Shown here piece by piece: positions 44,352 to 63,200 of a stretch of DNA of 64,000 bases. Each line of letters starts with the position of its first letter. The first letter of the stretch is position 1. The translations under genes were made by a program, and so were the position numbers. Source of the DNA: Salpingoeca rosetta (Eukaryota > Protista > Choanoflagellata); NCBI GenBank assembly GCA_033442325.1, contig JAWQFM010000004.1:2452830-2516829 (forward strand), in the 5' to 3' direction. The notes beneath the pieces were generated by a model. The model was not told where the DNA came from. It saw only the letters and a program-made list of their open reading frames with translations, and ran no database searches.

Positions 44352-46499
44352 ATGGCGGGTCGTCGTAGCTCTGCTGGGCTGCTGGTGTGTTTCCTGGTGG
44401 CGCTGTCACTGGCCACGCTGGCGTTTCTCTTCTTCTCCGTGCTCCTGGGCTTGCCTCTCACATCCATCGGCGATCCCACCAGCCGCAGCAGCAGTGACAG
44501 TGGCAGCGGCAGTGGCAATCACCACCTCTTTGATGACGACGTGCTGTTGTCGCTGTCATCGAATCACAAGCCAGCAACCAAACGCGTGGCGATGATGATG
44601 GGTGTGCCTGCAGGCATAGACGATGATGTTGTGGCTGACATCGTTGACGACTTCGACAACCTTGAAGACGAGAAGCAGAGGACAGGCGGAAGTCATAGCC
44701 TGCTTCAGGGCGATAGCACGGCTGACAAGGCAGCTGACAAAGACACGTACCCTCGCGTGCTGGTGCTGGTGCTGGCAACGGCTAGTGCCGAGAGTGTTGA
44801 GCGGGTGCAAAGCATCGTGCGGCACTGGCCCAATCACCCAAACGTCGACTTGGCCATCGTCGCCCGCGGGCTTGAGCTGGACGACATCCTTACACCCACA
44901 GCAGCCGCGGAACCACCAGCACAACAACGGCAGGGCAAGGTGATGTTCCTGCACGTTCCAGAAGAGGTGGACGTTGTGCCACGCGACCAGCTCCGGCTCA
45001 AGGTGTTTGCCATGTGGCAGACAGCAGCAAACCTGCACGGCGACAACTACGACTTCTTCTTCAAGGTTGATGACGACACCTTTGTGGACGCGCTCGCGCT
45101 CCTGGCCATGCTGAGCCATTTGGACGCAAGCAAGCACGTGTACCTTGGGCGTCGCGCAGGGCTTGTGCAGCTGCCGCGTGCCTTGGCCAAACACATCCCG
45201 CTCTCCTTCCTGGTCCCTACAGAGCCGAGCCACCTCCTCTTCTACCACGGCGGTGGAGGCTACATTGTGTCTCGGCCACTCCTGCAAGCCATGAGCCGGC
45301 ACCTCCCAGCGTGCACGCAGCTGCCGCACCCCTGGGAGGACGCGGCGTTTGCCGTGTGCGTGGTCGTGGCTGTTGGGGCGGTCGACCTTGAAGAACTGCC
45401 CGGGTTCGACCCGTTTGTCAACGGCAAGGACGATCGAGCCAACGAGAAGGTGCTGGACAAGTTGCAGGCAACGACGGAAACCACGTTCAAGGTGCCAAGT
45501 CTCTTGCTGCACGTCTCCTTCCACTCTGTGACGCCAACGCTGGCTGCCAGCCTCGCTGCTCGCCTCAGACCCTTGCACGCGTCCACACCGCTGCCGCGCC
45601 TGCGCGCTGCCTGGCGCGCTTACATGCGAGCGAACCGCCTCGTCTACAGCATCAACGCCGCCTGTAGAGACAGCGATGGGGCGCTGCAAGCACATGAGCA
45701 GACGACATGCTTTTCCAACGCGTTTCTGCTACGCCCGCGCCTGCTGCAGCACTTCAACACAGAGTCGCCCGAATACTGCTTCCCTCCAAGCGACAGTGGT
45801 GTTGGCAGCCGACAATCCGCGTCTTCAATACTCACAACGGCAACAGAAAGTCCTACAATTGCTGCCGCTTCTGCCAACGTGCTGACGGCTCTTGAGGCAC
45901 ACAAGACCAATGCCAACAGAGGTCACAACGGCGGCGTTGCTTCTCTCTCCCTGCCACAAAGATGCCAACCACATGGGCGCCGAACACATCAGCGTGTTGT
46001 CTTGTTATGCGCCGCAACTGGGAGCCAAGATGTCTCTGCAACGAGTGGTACTTCTTCATCTGTGGAGCGTGTTGCAGACAGCCTGCGAGACATCATCCCA
46101 ACGAGGGATGGAGACAAGGGGGAAGCGCAAACAGATTGCGTGTTGATTGTGGTTCTTGCTTGCAAGCAGGGCAGTGTGGATGGGAGCTGGGCAAGGCAAC
46201 TCGACTTCACCTTGGCGTCCAGGCGCCACTGGCAGTACTCGCTGCTCGTGCTTGCTTCGCCACTGCTGCCCTCACCCGTGTTCTCCGATGTGCCGGCGGG
46301 CGCGTTTGAGGCGTGTAGGGCTGCTGCGCGTGCCGCTGTGCCGCTGTTATCACCACTGGTGACCACAAGTGCAAACACACGAGTCGTGCACGCACTCCTT
46401 CCCCCACACTCCAGCATATTTTATTTTCCATCGATGGCGCTGTCAGATAGCTTGTGGGCTGCCACATCCACAACGCCCACCGCAGTTGCCGCACAACAA

Positions 46500-46549
<50 letters not shown>

Positions 46550-46847
46550 CTCCTGCTTGCAGGCAACGGGGCGGTGGTGCGCTGGCGTGAATGGCGAACA
46601 CGTGCTGCTCATGCTTGGGTTGCATGACAGCAGCCCTGTGTTGCAGGAGTGTCCTCGCACAGCCAAAACGCCGCGAATCTCACCGTTGGTGGTGGCTGCT
46701 GGGTCGTGGCAGAGCTATCATGTGTTTTTACATGCGCAGTTGCCGGGAGAGGGAAGGGCAATGCCGTCAGAGTGCAGCCTGGCGATTGTGCTGGTTGAGT
46801 TTGCCCGTCGCGTCTTGCCTGCATGCAACGCCGACGTGATTGTCACC
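44352..46847 (+). CDS. GT31 family beta-1,3-glycosyltransferase (C1GALT1/Fringe/chondroitin synthase-like) with long C-terminal extension; truncated by gap
   Basis: Type II transmembrane anchor, then LKVFAMW, YDFFFKVDDDTFV (DxD), VYLGRR, YHGGGGYIVSR, EDAAFAVC, FDPF and VSFHSVTP. Confidence 0.9.
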
Positions 46848-46963
46848 NNNNNNNNNNNNNNNNNNNNNNNNNNNNNNNNNNNNNNNNNNNNNNNNNNNNN
46901 NNNNNNNNNNNNNNNNNNNNNNNNNNNNNNNNNNNNNNNNNNNNNNNTCCTCCGCCTCCTCCT

Positions 46964-47485
46964 CTATCCATCCTCCTCCTCCTCCTCCTCCATCTTCATC
47001 TTCACCGTCTCCCTCAACTCCCCATCATCAAGCCACGATTGGAGCTGCTCCAAAGAGTCAAAGTTGATGCGCACATATCGTTGAAAGTCGGCTCGAAGCG
47101 GATGTTTCAAGTTGTGGCGTGCCTCGCCTTGGCGTAGTTTGATGATAAAGGGGCATGTGCTCTCCCACGTGAACCCGAGCCAGGAATACACCAGAAAGCG
47201 GTTCAGCAGCCACTGCGAAGCAGCAGCAGCAGCAGCAGCATCAGCGTCGGCGCCGTCCTGTTGAAATGTATCGAGCCAGTGTGGAACAAACCTGCACAGG
47301 AACCCACGCGCCGCCCGCCACTTTGGCATGGCCCACGGGAGGTTGTGGTACAGCGAGCGGCACGTCAGCATGAGGTTGAGGACGTCGCGCAGTTGATCCC
47401 GCTTCTCTGGCGAAACCCCAATTGTCCAGGCACCACCGTTCAGCAAGTGATCCGCCACTAGCGCCCACTCTACGGCACCCAGCAT
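46964..47485 (-). CDS. Hypothetical protein (~173 aa), weakly F-box-like N-terminus
   Basis: Non-repetitive open frame MLGAVEWALVADHL...LRDVLNLMLTCRSLY with an acidic C-terminal tail. Confidence 0.5.
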   Translation of the reverse strand: MLGAVEWALVADHLLNGGAWTIGVSPEKRDQLRDVLNLMLTCRSLYHNLPWAMPKWRAARGFLCRFVPHWLDTFQQDGADADAAAAAAASQWLLNRFLVYSWLGFTWESTCPFIIKLRQGEARHNLKHPLRADFQRYVRINFDSLEQLQSWLDDGELRETVKMKMEEEEEEDG

Positions 47486-47502
47486 AATGTGCTTTTGTGT
47501 GT

Positions 47503-47547
<45 letters not shown>

Positions 47548-47640
47548 TGAGTGTGTGCGTATGTGTGTGTGTGTGTGTGAGTGAGTGAGTGAGTGAGTGA
47601 GTGAGTGAGTGAGTGAGTGAGTGAGTGAGTGAGTGAGTGA

Positions 47641-47681
<41 letters not shown>

Positions 47682-47727
47682 TGTGTGTGTGCGTGTGTGT
47701 GTGAGTGAGTGAGTGAGTGAGTGTGTT

Positions 47728-47803
<76 letters not shown>

Positions 47804-47856
47804 TTGTGCGCGCTTGCTCTTCTGTTGTTTGTGTTTGCAGTGGTTGCCGAACATTT

Positions 47857-48339
47857 ATGGATATATTTGCCAATTCTCTACAAGCAGCACACACGATGAC
47901 GATGAGTGAGGTGAAGAACACCGCGCTGGGCGTGGTGTGTGGGCTGGTTTCTGGTGCGACGGTGATTGCTGGGCTGGAGCACGTCGGGCACACCATCTTC
48001 GGCACGCCCAAGGGCTTGCACAAGGACACGCCGTATGAGGAGGCAAAGGAGATCATTCGCGCGCACGTGCGGGAGGCGTCGCCGCTGTCGCTGCTGTGGG
48101 TCATTGGCGCACACGGGTGCGGCTCCTTCGTTGGCGGCTACGTCGCTTACAAGTTCTCTAGCTCGGCCATCATCGGGCGCAGCGCGGGCGTGGTTGGCAG
48201 CATGTTCCTCGCCGGCGGCATTGCAAACATCGCCGCCATCCCACACCCGTGGTGGTGGTCTGTGTGCGACGTCCTCGTCTACTTTCCCACAGCGTACGCC
48301 GGCGCCACCATTGTAACCAAACAAACGCCTCTCTTGTGA
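47857..48339 (+). CDS. Small four-TM membrane protein of unknown function, intronless
   Basis: Four Gly-rich hydrophobic segments and a C-terminal IPHPWWWSVCDVLVYFPTAYAG motif; GC3-rich codon usage. Confidence 0.75.
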   Translation: MDIFANSLQAAHTMTMSEVKNTALGVVCGLVSGATVIAGLEHVGHTIFGTPKGLHKDTPYEEAKEIIRAHVREASPLSLLWVIGAHGCGSFVGGYVAYKFSSSAIIGRSAGVVGSMFLAGGIANIAAIPHPWWWSVCDVLVYFPTAYAGATIVTKQTPLL

Positions 48340-48888
48340 GTGGGTGGGGAGGAAGGGGGGGGGGGTTTGTGTATGAGTGAGTGAGTGAGTGAGTGTGAGT
48401 GAGTGATTGAGTATGAGTGCGTGTGAGTGAGCGAGTGTGTGTGTATGAGTGAGTAAAACCGCGTACATGTGTATGTGTGTGCATACGTGCATACATGAGT
48501 GACTGCGCAGCTGTAGGCAGGCTTTTGCCCCCGCCTGTGTGCGAGTCTGTCACACCATGCTGCACGACAGTGTCGTTTGCCATCTGCCATAGGTTGCTTT
48601 TGTTTTGTGCAATATGCACTGCGTGTCTGTGTGACTTGCCGAGGTTTGCTGGTAGTCTTTCTTCCTTTAACTGTTGACCGAAGAGATCCGCAATAAACAG
48701 CACATATTGGACAGACACATAGTCATGCAACAGCAGCAGCAGTGAACAGGGAGCAACACCACCATGCTCGTCGGTGTGCGTTAGCAGTGGTACCACCACC
48801 AATCACCGCTGTCACCACCACCACCACCACCACCACCACCAATCATCACTGTCACTGCCACCACTGTCACCTTCTCCACATCCACATG

Positions 48889-56312
<7,424 letters not shown>

Positions 56313-56485
56313 CACCACCACACGCGAGCCACAACAGCCGTGTGTGCGTGTCAAACAACACACACACACACACACACACACACTGCAAGCAAGGAAACAC
56401 GACTTCTGCTGCTTCTCGCGCTCTGTCACCCAAATGGCCATTGGTGGACATTTTTCGTAGCTTTTCTACAAGCACGTTGACGAAT

Positions 56486-57122
56486 ATGGGACGGCGCAAA
56501 GGCAAAGGCGGCGGTGGTGGCAAGGGGAAGGCGAAGAAGGGCGGTGCACGTGGTGGTGGTGGTGGTGGTGGTAGTAACAGCAAACGCAGCGGCATTGGTG
56601 GCGGTTCCTTCAAACTCAAGGCGGGAGGTGCTGGCAAGCGTGGCAAGAGGGTACGTGCATGCATACGTGTGTGAGTGTGTAGTGTGTGCATGTGTATGTG
56701 TGTGTGCGTGTGTGTGCACGTGAGGAAGCCTTGTCATGCATGTGTCCTTACGTGAACGTCGTTGTGAACCCACGTTTGTTTCCACAAATACACACACGTG
56801 AACGTCGTTGTGAACCCACGTTTGTTTCCACCAACACGCTCACACACACACACACACATACACACACTCACAAACACACACCCACACACTCACTCACGCA
56901 TATACGCATACATGCACACGTTAGGTGAAGGAAATGTCGTTGAACCTGGCAAGTGCCGTTGATTCGTCGTTGGTCAAGTTGGAGAAGAAGAAGGTCGTGC
57001 AGAAGGTGGAGAAGACCAAGCAGCAGGAAGCAGAGAAGCAACAGGCACAGGCGAAACTACAGGACGCCGTACAGACCCAGCAGAACATGGACGACATGCT
57101 CAACACGCTCACCTCCTTCTGA
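56486..57122 (+). CDS. Small basic Gly/Lys-rich protein, 2 exons (~120 aa); possibly RBIS/C8orf59-like ribosome biogenesis factor
   Basis: ATG at 56486. The intron 56651-56924 (GTACGT...TTAG) joins ...KRGKR to VKEMSLNL...NMDDMLNTLTSF*. The family call is a weak recollection. Confidence 0.65.
56751..56831 (+). repeat. 35-bp direct duplication in an intron
   Basis: CGTGAACGTCGTTGTGAACCCACGTTTGTTTCCAC at 56751 and 56797. Confidence 0.9.
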
Positions 57123-57534
57123 GCAGCGTGTTTCGCACGCGACTTGTCGCGCGCTCTCTCTCTCTCTCCCTCTCTGTGTCGGTTTGAGAATGTGACGTGC
57201 TATTGCTGCTTTTGCTCTTTTCTCTTTCTTATTTCTTGTCTTCCCTTTTCCTTCCTACTAGGTCACCTGTTTTGCCGCATACACCACCTTTCCCGACACC
57301 TTCTGTTTCATTTTCGCTTTGGTTCTGGTTACAATTACACGAAACCGATGTGCTGTGCACGTGTGTATGCTCGCATAGTGGCGTGAAATCAACGGCCCGG
57401 GGGGGGAGGAGAGGTTGCAATGAGAATGAAGCGCACGGAGCACACACATACACATACGCGAGCAAGCGGAGCACACGGAGCACACACACATATGCGAGTA
57501 AGCGGAGCACACAACACACACACACACACACACA

Positions 57535-57565
<31 letters not shown>

Positions 57566-57684
57566 ACAACCCATCCACCAAACAACCAAATCAGCACACG
57601 AGTGTCAAAACCGCGAGTTGGGGGGGGGGGGAGTAACGTAACGAGGTGACACGCCACGTGTCTGAAGTTGTGGGATGCATCACA

Positions 57685-58692
57685 TCATGCAACGCTCTCC
57701 GTCGTGCTGAGCAGATATGAGTACTCTGCATTTTGGCGCCTGCAGTGCATGCGTGTATGCGTATGTGTGGATGGATGGACAAGGGAATACACCAAGCGAG
57801 TGAGTCATGACTCTTGGGTGTGGGGCTTGGTGACTCGGTGTACGTGTGCAAGAAGACAACGAGATGGAAACAGCTCTGCGTGTGCATGAACAAGACAAGA
57901 CATGCACTCCACCCCTCCATCCGCCATGGTGCAGGGTACGTACTCTTGGATGCCGCAGCACTTGCGCTTGAGGTACGTCAGCCCAAACGCAATGTAGAAG
58001 AACACAACGTGCAGCGCAAACATGCCCGCATACCTGCAGCGATTGTGTGATGTGTGTGTGTGATATTGTGTGTGTATTATTGTATGTGTGTGTGCGTGTG
58101 ATTGTGTGTGTGTGTGATATTGTGTGTGTATTATTGTATGTGTGTGTGAATAGTCATTGGAGTATACATGAAAACACGGAAATGCAGTCATGGTTGCACG
58201 ACAAACCCTCCACATCACACATTCCCTGTTGACGGCCAACACTCTGTGCGCGTACCATGCGGGCGCAATCTTCTTGGAGGTGTCGAGGAAGAAGTACACG
58301 GGATCATCGCCCGTCGACGCAACATACGCCTGCACACGTGCATGGATGTAGGCATGTAGGCATGTGTGTGAGATGCAGGTGAAACCATGTTGTTTCTCAC
58401 ATTGTGACACACACACACACACATGCATACGCAATTCACACACACCACACACACGCCACCGAGCGCCTCACCCATTCGAAGACGCCATAAGCGATGAGCC
58501 AGTAGACGATGAACGTCGCGTGTGCGTGCACGAACACCATGCGGTTCAGCCCCAACTCCACCAGCATCAGCACCAGGTTGATGCCGTGCACTGACCAGCG
58601 TTGGGAAGACGACAGGGGAGAGAAGGGGAGGGTGAGCGAAGGAACAGACGGGCATGGAGTGTCGACGAGATGTGAAAAGCATGCGAATGTGC

Positions 58693-58753
<61 letters not shown>

Positions 58754-58939
58754 CGCACCGACGATGCTGAAGAAGTTGATAAACTGCTCGCAGCAGCTCT
58801 CGTCGGACTTGTTCTTGGCCGTGGGATACAGCACCGTCCACAGAACCACATCTACGAGAATGGCCATTGTCATGCACACCTGTGGCAGTCGATGCACGCC
58901 CAATTGCGTGAGCGAGGCTGAAGCCACTCACAAACATAG

Positions 58940-59000
<61 letters not shown>

Positions 59001-59696
59001 AGTATTCACACACCAACAACTCGCACATGCATCCCTCAACACACATCCAACATGCACCTGGAAGAGGACAAAGGTTGCGCGGTCGAAGAAGGAGACGTGA
59101 GCCACCTCGGACAGGAGGTAGCCGCGAAGGGCGGCGCGGATGCTTTGGCTCAACGCAAGGAAGAAGAACACGACCAACAACGTAAAGTTCCAAATCTGCA
59201 GCGGGTAAGGAGTAGGCGCGCGCATGTGTTAGTCGGTGCACGTGTGCTGCTGGGCATGTGCTGTTGCAAAGAGAAACGCAAACGCAAACGCAAATGCGAA
59301 TGGAAATGCTAACACAACACACGCATGCACGCACACACACGCACATACATTCACACACACACAACACGCATACAACACACACACACACAACACGCATACA
59401 ACACACACACACACACAACACGCATACAACACACACACACACACCGTGTAGAACTTGAAGCCCTGGCCCTCGGGGGTATCAACAAGGATCATGATGAGCA
59501 CGGTGGCAGCAAACAGGAAGGAGACGAGGCGGGTGAAGAGAAGAATGCCCGGGTGTGGACCCGTGGTGTGTCCAATGGCATGCTGTGTACAGTGTTCCCA
59601 GTGGAACCAGCCCTTGCGAGCGCCCACAAAAGTCACGACAATGTTGCCAATGACAATGGCAGCCATCAGCACCCACAGCACAGGGTCAATCTCCAT
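57685..59696 (-). CDS. Multi-pass membrane protein, rolling stone / FAR-17a-AIG1-like family; about 7 exons
   Basis: Spliced product contains FKFYT-IWNFTLL, ILVDVVLWTVLYP, HGINLVLMLVELGLN and PVYFFLD; the last exon ends RQNAEYSYLLSTTESVA*. Confidence 0.75.
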
Positions 59697-60205
59697 CGCG
59701 GCAGTGGTGGAACAAGCGAAGCACTGTTGTCCTGTGGTTGTTTGCCTGCTTGGTCGGTGTGGTCGGTTGGGTTGGCAAAGTGTGCGCGTGGGATGTGTGT
59801 CGCCAACAACCGCAACAACGAATGTGTGATGAATCATCGATGACTCATCATGTAGACTGAATTCAGTTCTTACGCATGTTGTTAGACGTGCATCGAATTC
59901 ATGCGTGGCAGTNNNNNNNNNNNNNNNNNNNNNNNNNNNNNNNNNNNNNNNNNNNNNNNNNNNNNNNNNNNNNNNNNNNNNNNNNNNNNNNNNNNNNNNN
60001 NNNNNNNNNNNNGTGGCAGATGCATGTCCAGCACTTGCTATTGCTCCGACTAGGAAAGTTCCCGAAGAAAGAAACCGCGGCCTATCAGTGTTTGTGTTTA
60101 TTTTTTAGCAAATCACAAGATCCCAGAACCAAGCTGACGCGGCTTTCGAGAAAGATCATTTTTCCCTTTTCCTGCTTGTTCACTTTGAAGGCCGAACCCA
60201 TTACG

Positions 60206-63200
60206 ATGAAACAAAGCACGAACACCTTCAGCAGCAAGACAGCGCCGACGTCGATGCCGAAAGTGTGCTGCATCATTGGTGCTGGGTTTCAAAATGTGTT
60301 ATCTTTCGGGGGGAAGCACCACAAAGCCGAGCCACACCAGGAGGCAAGCTCACAAAGAGGAAATACAACTGTTATGTTTTCGGGCACAGAGACGTACCTG
60401 ATTGGTCCGTCAGGAAGTGGTAAGACCGCCATACTTCGGGGCGTCGTGCTGGCTCTGGAGGCTATTCTCAATCCTGAATTGTGTGTGGACGAGACAGAAC
60501 GCCTGTTGGCCACACGCAACAACAGCTATGGCTACATCATACTTGTGCTGTGCCCACAGTCAGATGCATCAAAACACATCAAAGGTAAGAAACCTTCGAG
60601 TAATGCTATTGTGGTGACCATACGTCTCCCACCCAGAGGCGAAGCGCCTACGGTCAAGGCAGAAGAGATGAGCACGACTGCGAGAAAAATCTTACAGGAA
60701 TGGAGCAAAAATCCGTCAAAGCAGGCATGCAAATGTGATGTGTCTGAGTCCCTTCGGACGTGGATCAAAGAGAACGTCCGATATGTGCCACAAGACCTTG
60801 GTTTGAGCACAATTTGCATGCAACCAACAGAAACACTCTCCGCGGAAGAAAAGAACCGGTGCCTGCAAGAAGAACGTATTTTGAAAGACAGAGGGTTCGT
60901 TGTTCTCCACGGAGAACGCATTCGGGTCGGCTGGGCCGAGTTGCTAAAACTGCAAAACGGCACCCTGTTTCGCTTGAAAGGTAACGAAGACTTCAGAAAG
61001 TCATGGGAGGAGGTGTGTCAGCTAGCTGAACAGAACATAGGGTCTGAAGCAAAGAAAAGCGAGGCAGTGCTGCTCAAACAAAAACCAAGCGAAAGCTCAT
61101 TTGAGTTTCAGCGTATGTCTGGTGGTCATAGAGACGCAGGTGTGGTGTTACTGGCATCGTGTGGGGTGTTCACCAGCGACAACACAAGACAACCCCCGCC
61201 ACAAGTCCTATTGTTAGATGAACCAGGCCAAAATGTTGGAGCATTCTTTCGAGGCAAGCTTGCGGATTGTCTTCGCAGGCGCACTCGCAACAAGAAGGGA
61301 GAACAGCAACAACAGCTCATCATTGCAACGCACCACGTCGAACTGCTGAACTCAAACACAGTCCCAATCGACTGTCTTCAAGTGCGGCATGGTTCGGCTC
61401 TACATCGCCGCCAACCTACGCCCGCCACACACATATCAACATTGCCTCGGCCAATAACCGAAATGCTTGGACCCAAAATCATGACCAAGCTTCGAGACCC
61501 TGCGTGCCTCGACATGTACTTTTCTCGAACAGTCGTTTTGTTGGAGGGCAAAACGGCGAAATTCCAGTTCGCTGTTTGTTGCAACAAGTCGCTGACAACG
61601 AGCGTTGCCAAGCAAAAAGCAAGCATTTGGCTGAAGTTGCTCATTTCAAGATTGTATCGATGCAAGGCTGGTACGGAATCTCCCACATGCGCTTCGTTCT
61701 CTCGTGGCTGCATATTCGCTGCTGTTCGTTTCGTGACTTTGATTCTTTGTTTTGCAGTCGGAACCGCTACCAACGATTGAGTGGACATTCGTTCTTCTCG
61801 CTCAATGGCACTTATCTCTCATTGCACGCCGTCTATTTGATGGTGCTTGATTGTTCGAGGCTCATCAAAGACCTTGAGTCCAAGAGGCTGGAACATTTTT
61901 TTCGCGCGCTGGAGTTTGGCATCCAACCTCCTGAGAACAAACGAGCCATTCACAATTGCCCGAGTGTCGAAGACTTGAAGCAAGTGAAAACCCTCGCCAA
62001 AGTCATCGCCGATCACAAATTGGGAAAGAAGCACACGCCTCAGTTTATTCTCATTCAGTTTGCTGTGTTGTTTAAGGCAATGGTACATTCCAACAGCGAG
62101 TGGAAGAAGTTCAAAGGTTTGGGCGTTGTGCAATACTTCAAGACTGACGAAGTTCAAGCTCACATTGACAAGCGATTCAAAGAATTGATGCCTCACGTTG
62201 GCGCAGACATCACGCTTCGTCATCAAACTTATGACAAGCTTGGCCAGCACCTTCAACAGGCTGTTGAAGAACTCCTTACATTACAATTTGAATTCTCAAA
62301 AACTCAAGAGAGGAAAGACAAGCTTCGCGAGTTGAGTCGTCGCAAGGATGGTGTAAACGAAGTGAAAACATATCTCGTGAAAAACTTTACGAACGCTCTC
62401 AACACAGTCTCAGTCGACGAAATTCAAGTAAAGCTCACAGAACTTGTGCAACAGAGCACACAACTTCCCCTAACTGACCCGCCTCCATCAACGGACGAAC
62501 TTTCTGAGATGCTTCTTGTCATGATCTGGAAGACCTACTCGACGCAAAAGCGGAAAACGCTACAGCATCTACTACGGCGGGAACTGGAACGACTACAGCA
62601 AGCACATGGCAAATTGGCTCAAGACACTTGTTTGACGTTAAATGCCGCCAAGGACACTCTGCCGCGCGAGCAATTAGATGCGCTGCGAAAGAGCACGACG
62701 CCTCTGCAACCGTCACACTTGGGCAAACTCAAACCGTCTTTGTCTCGGTTATGCAAAGCCGGTTGGGAACATGGCCATTTCGTCTTCCCTCCAGACACTG
62801 CTGACATTGAAGGCATTTTCATCAATAAATCCACGAATGATGACGGGAAAGCTCCTGCTCCGCACCCAGAATGCTTGAGGTCGCCGGATTGTTTACATGG
62901 AGATGAGCGTGAGATTTTGCGAAAACTTGGAGAAAACGAACTCCCAAGGGCCCAGGCTATTATTCTGAACAGGATGAAAGCCAAAATATCCCATCTCAGC
63001 ATTGATGTTGTGAAAGGCCAGTGCGAATCTGCCAAGAAGGAAACGAAACTGCTGGCAGACTTCATGAAAACCGTAATGAGCACTGACGAAGGTAGCGCCG
63101 GTGCGGATGGTGAACATGATACGGGGGGTGGCGAACACCACGACGACGACGACGATGAGCACCACGATGAACACCACGATGACGACGACGACGACGACGA

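Noticed and set aside
46948-47084. C-terminal part of the 910-aa GT31 ORF beyond the gap
   Set aside because: Frame across an N gap is meaningless, and this sequence is better explained by the minus-strand gene 46964-47485.
60206-61780. SMC/Rad50 or ABC transporter interpretation of the ATPase
   Set aside because: There is no long coiled coil between the Walker motifs and no TM domain, and a TOPRIM motif directly follows the H-loop, as in OLD-family proteins.
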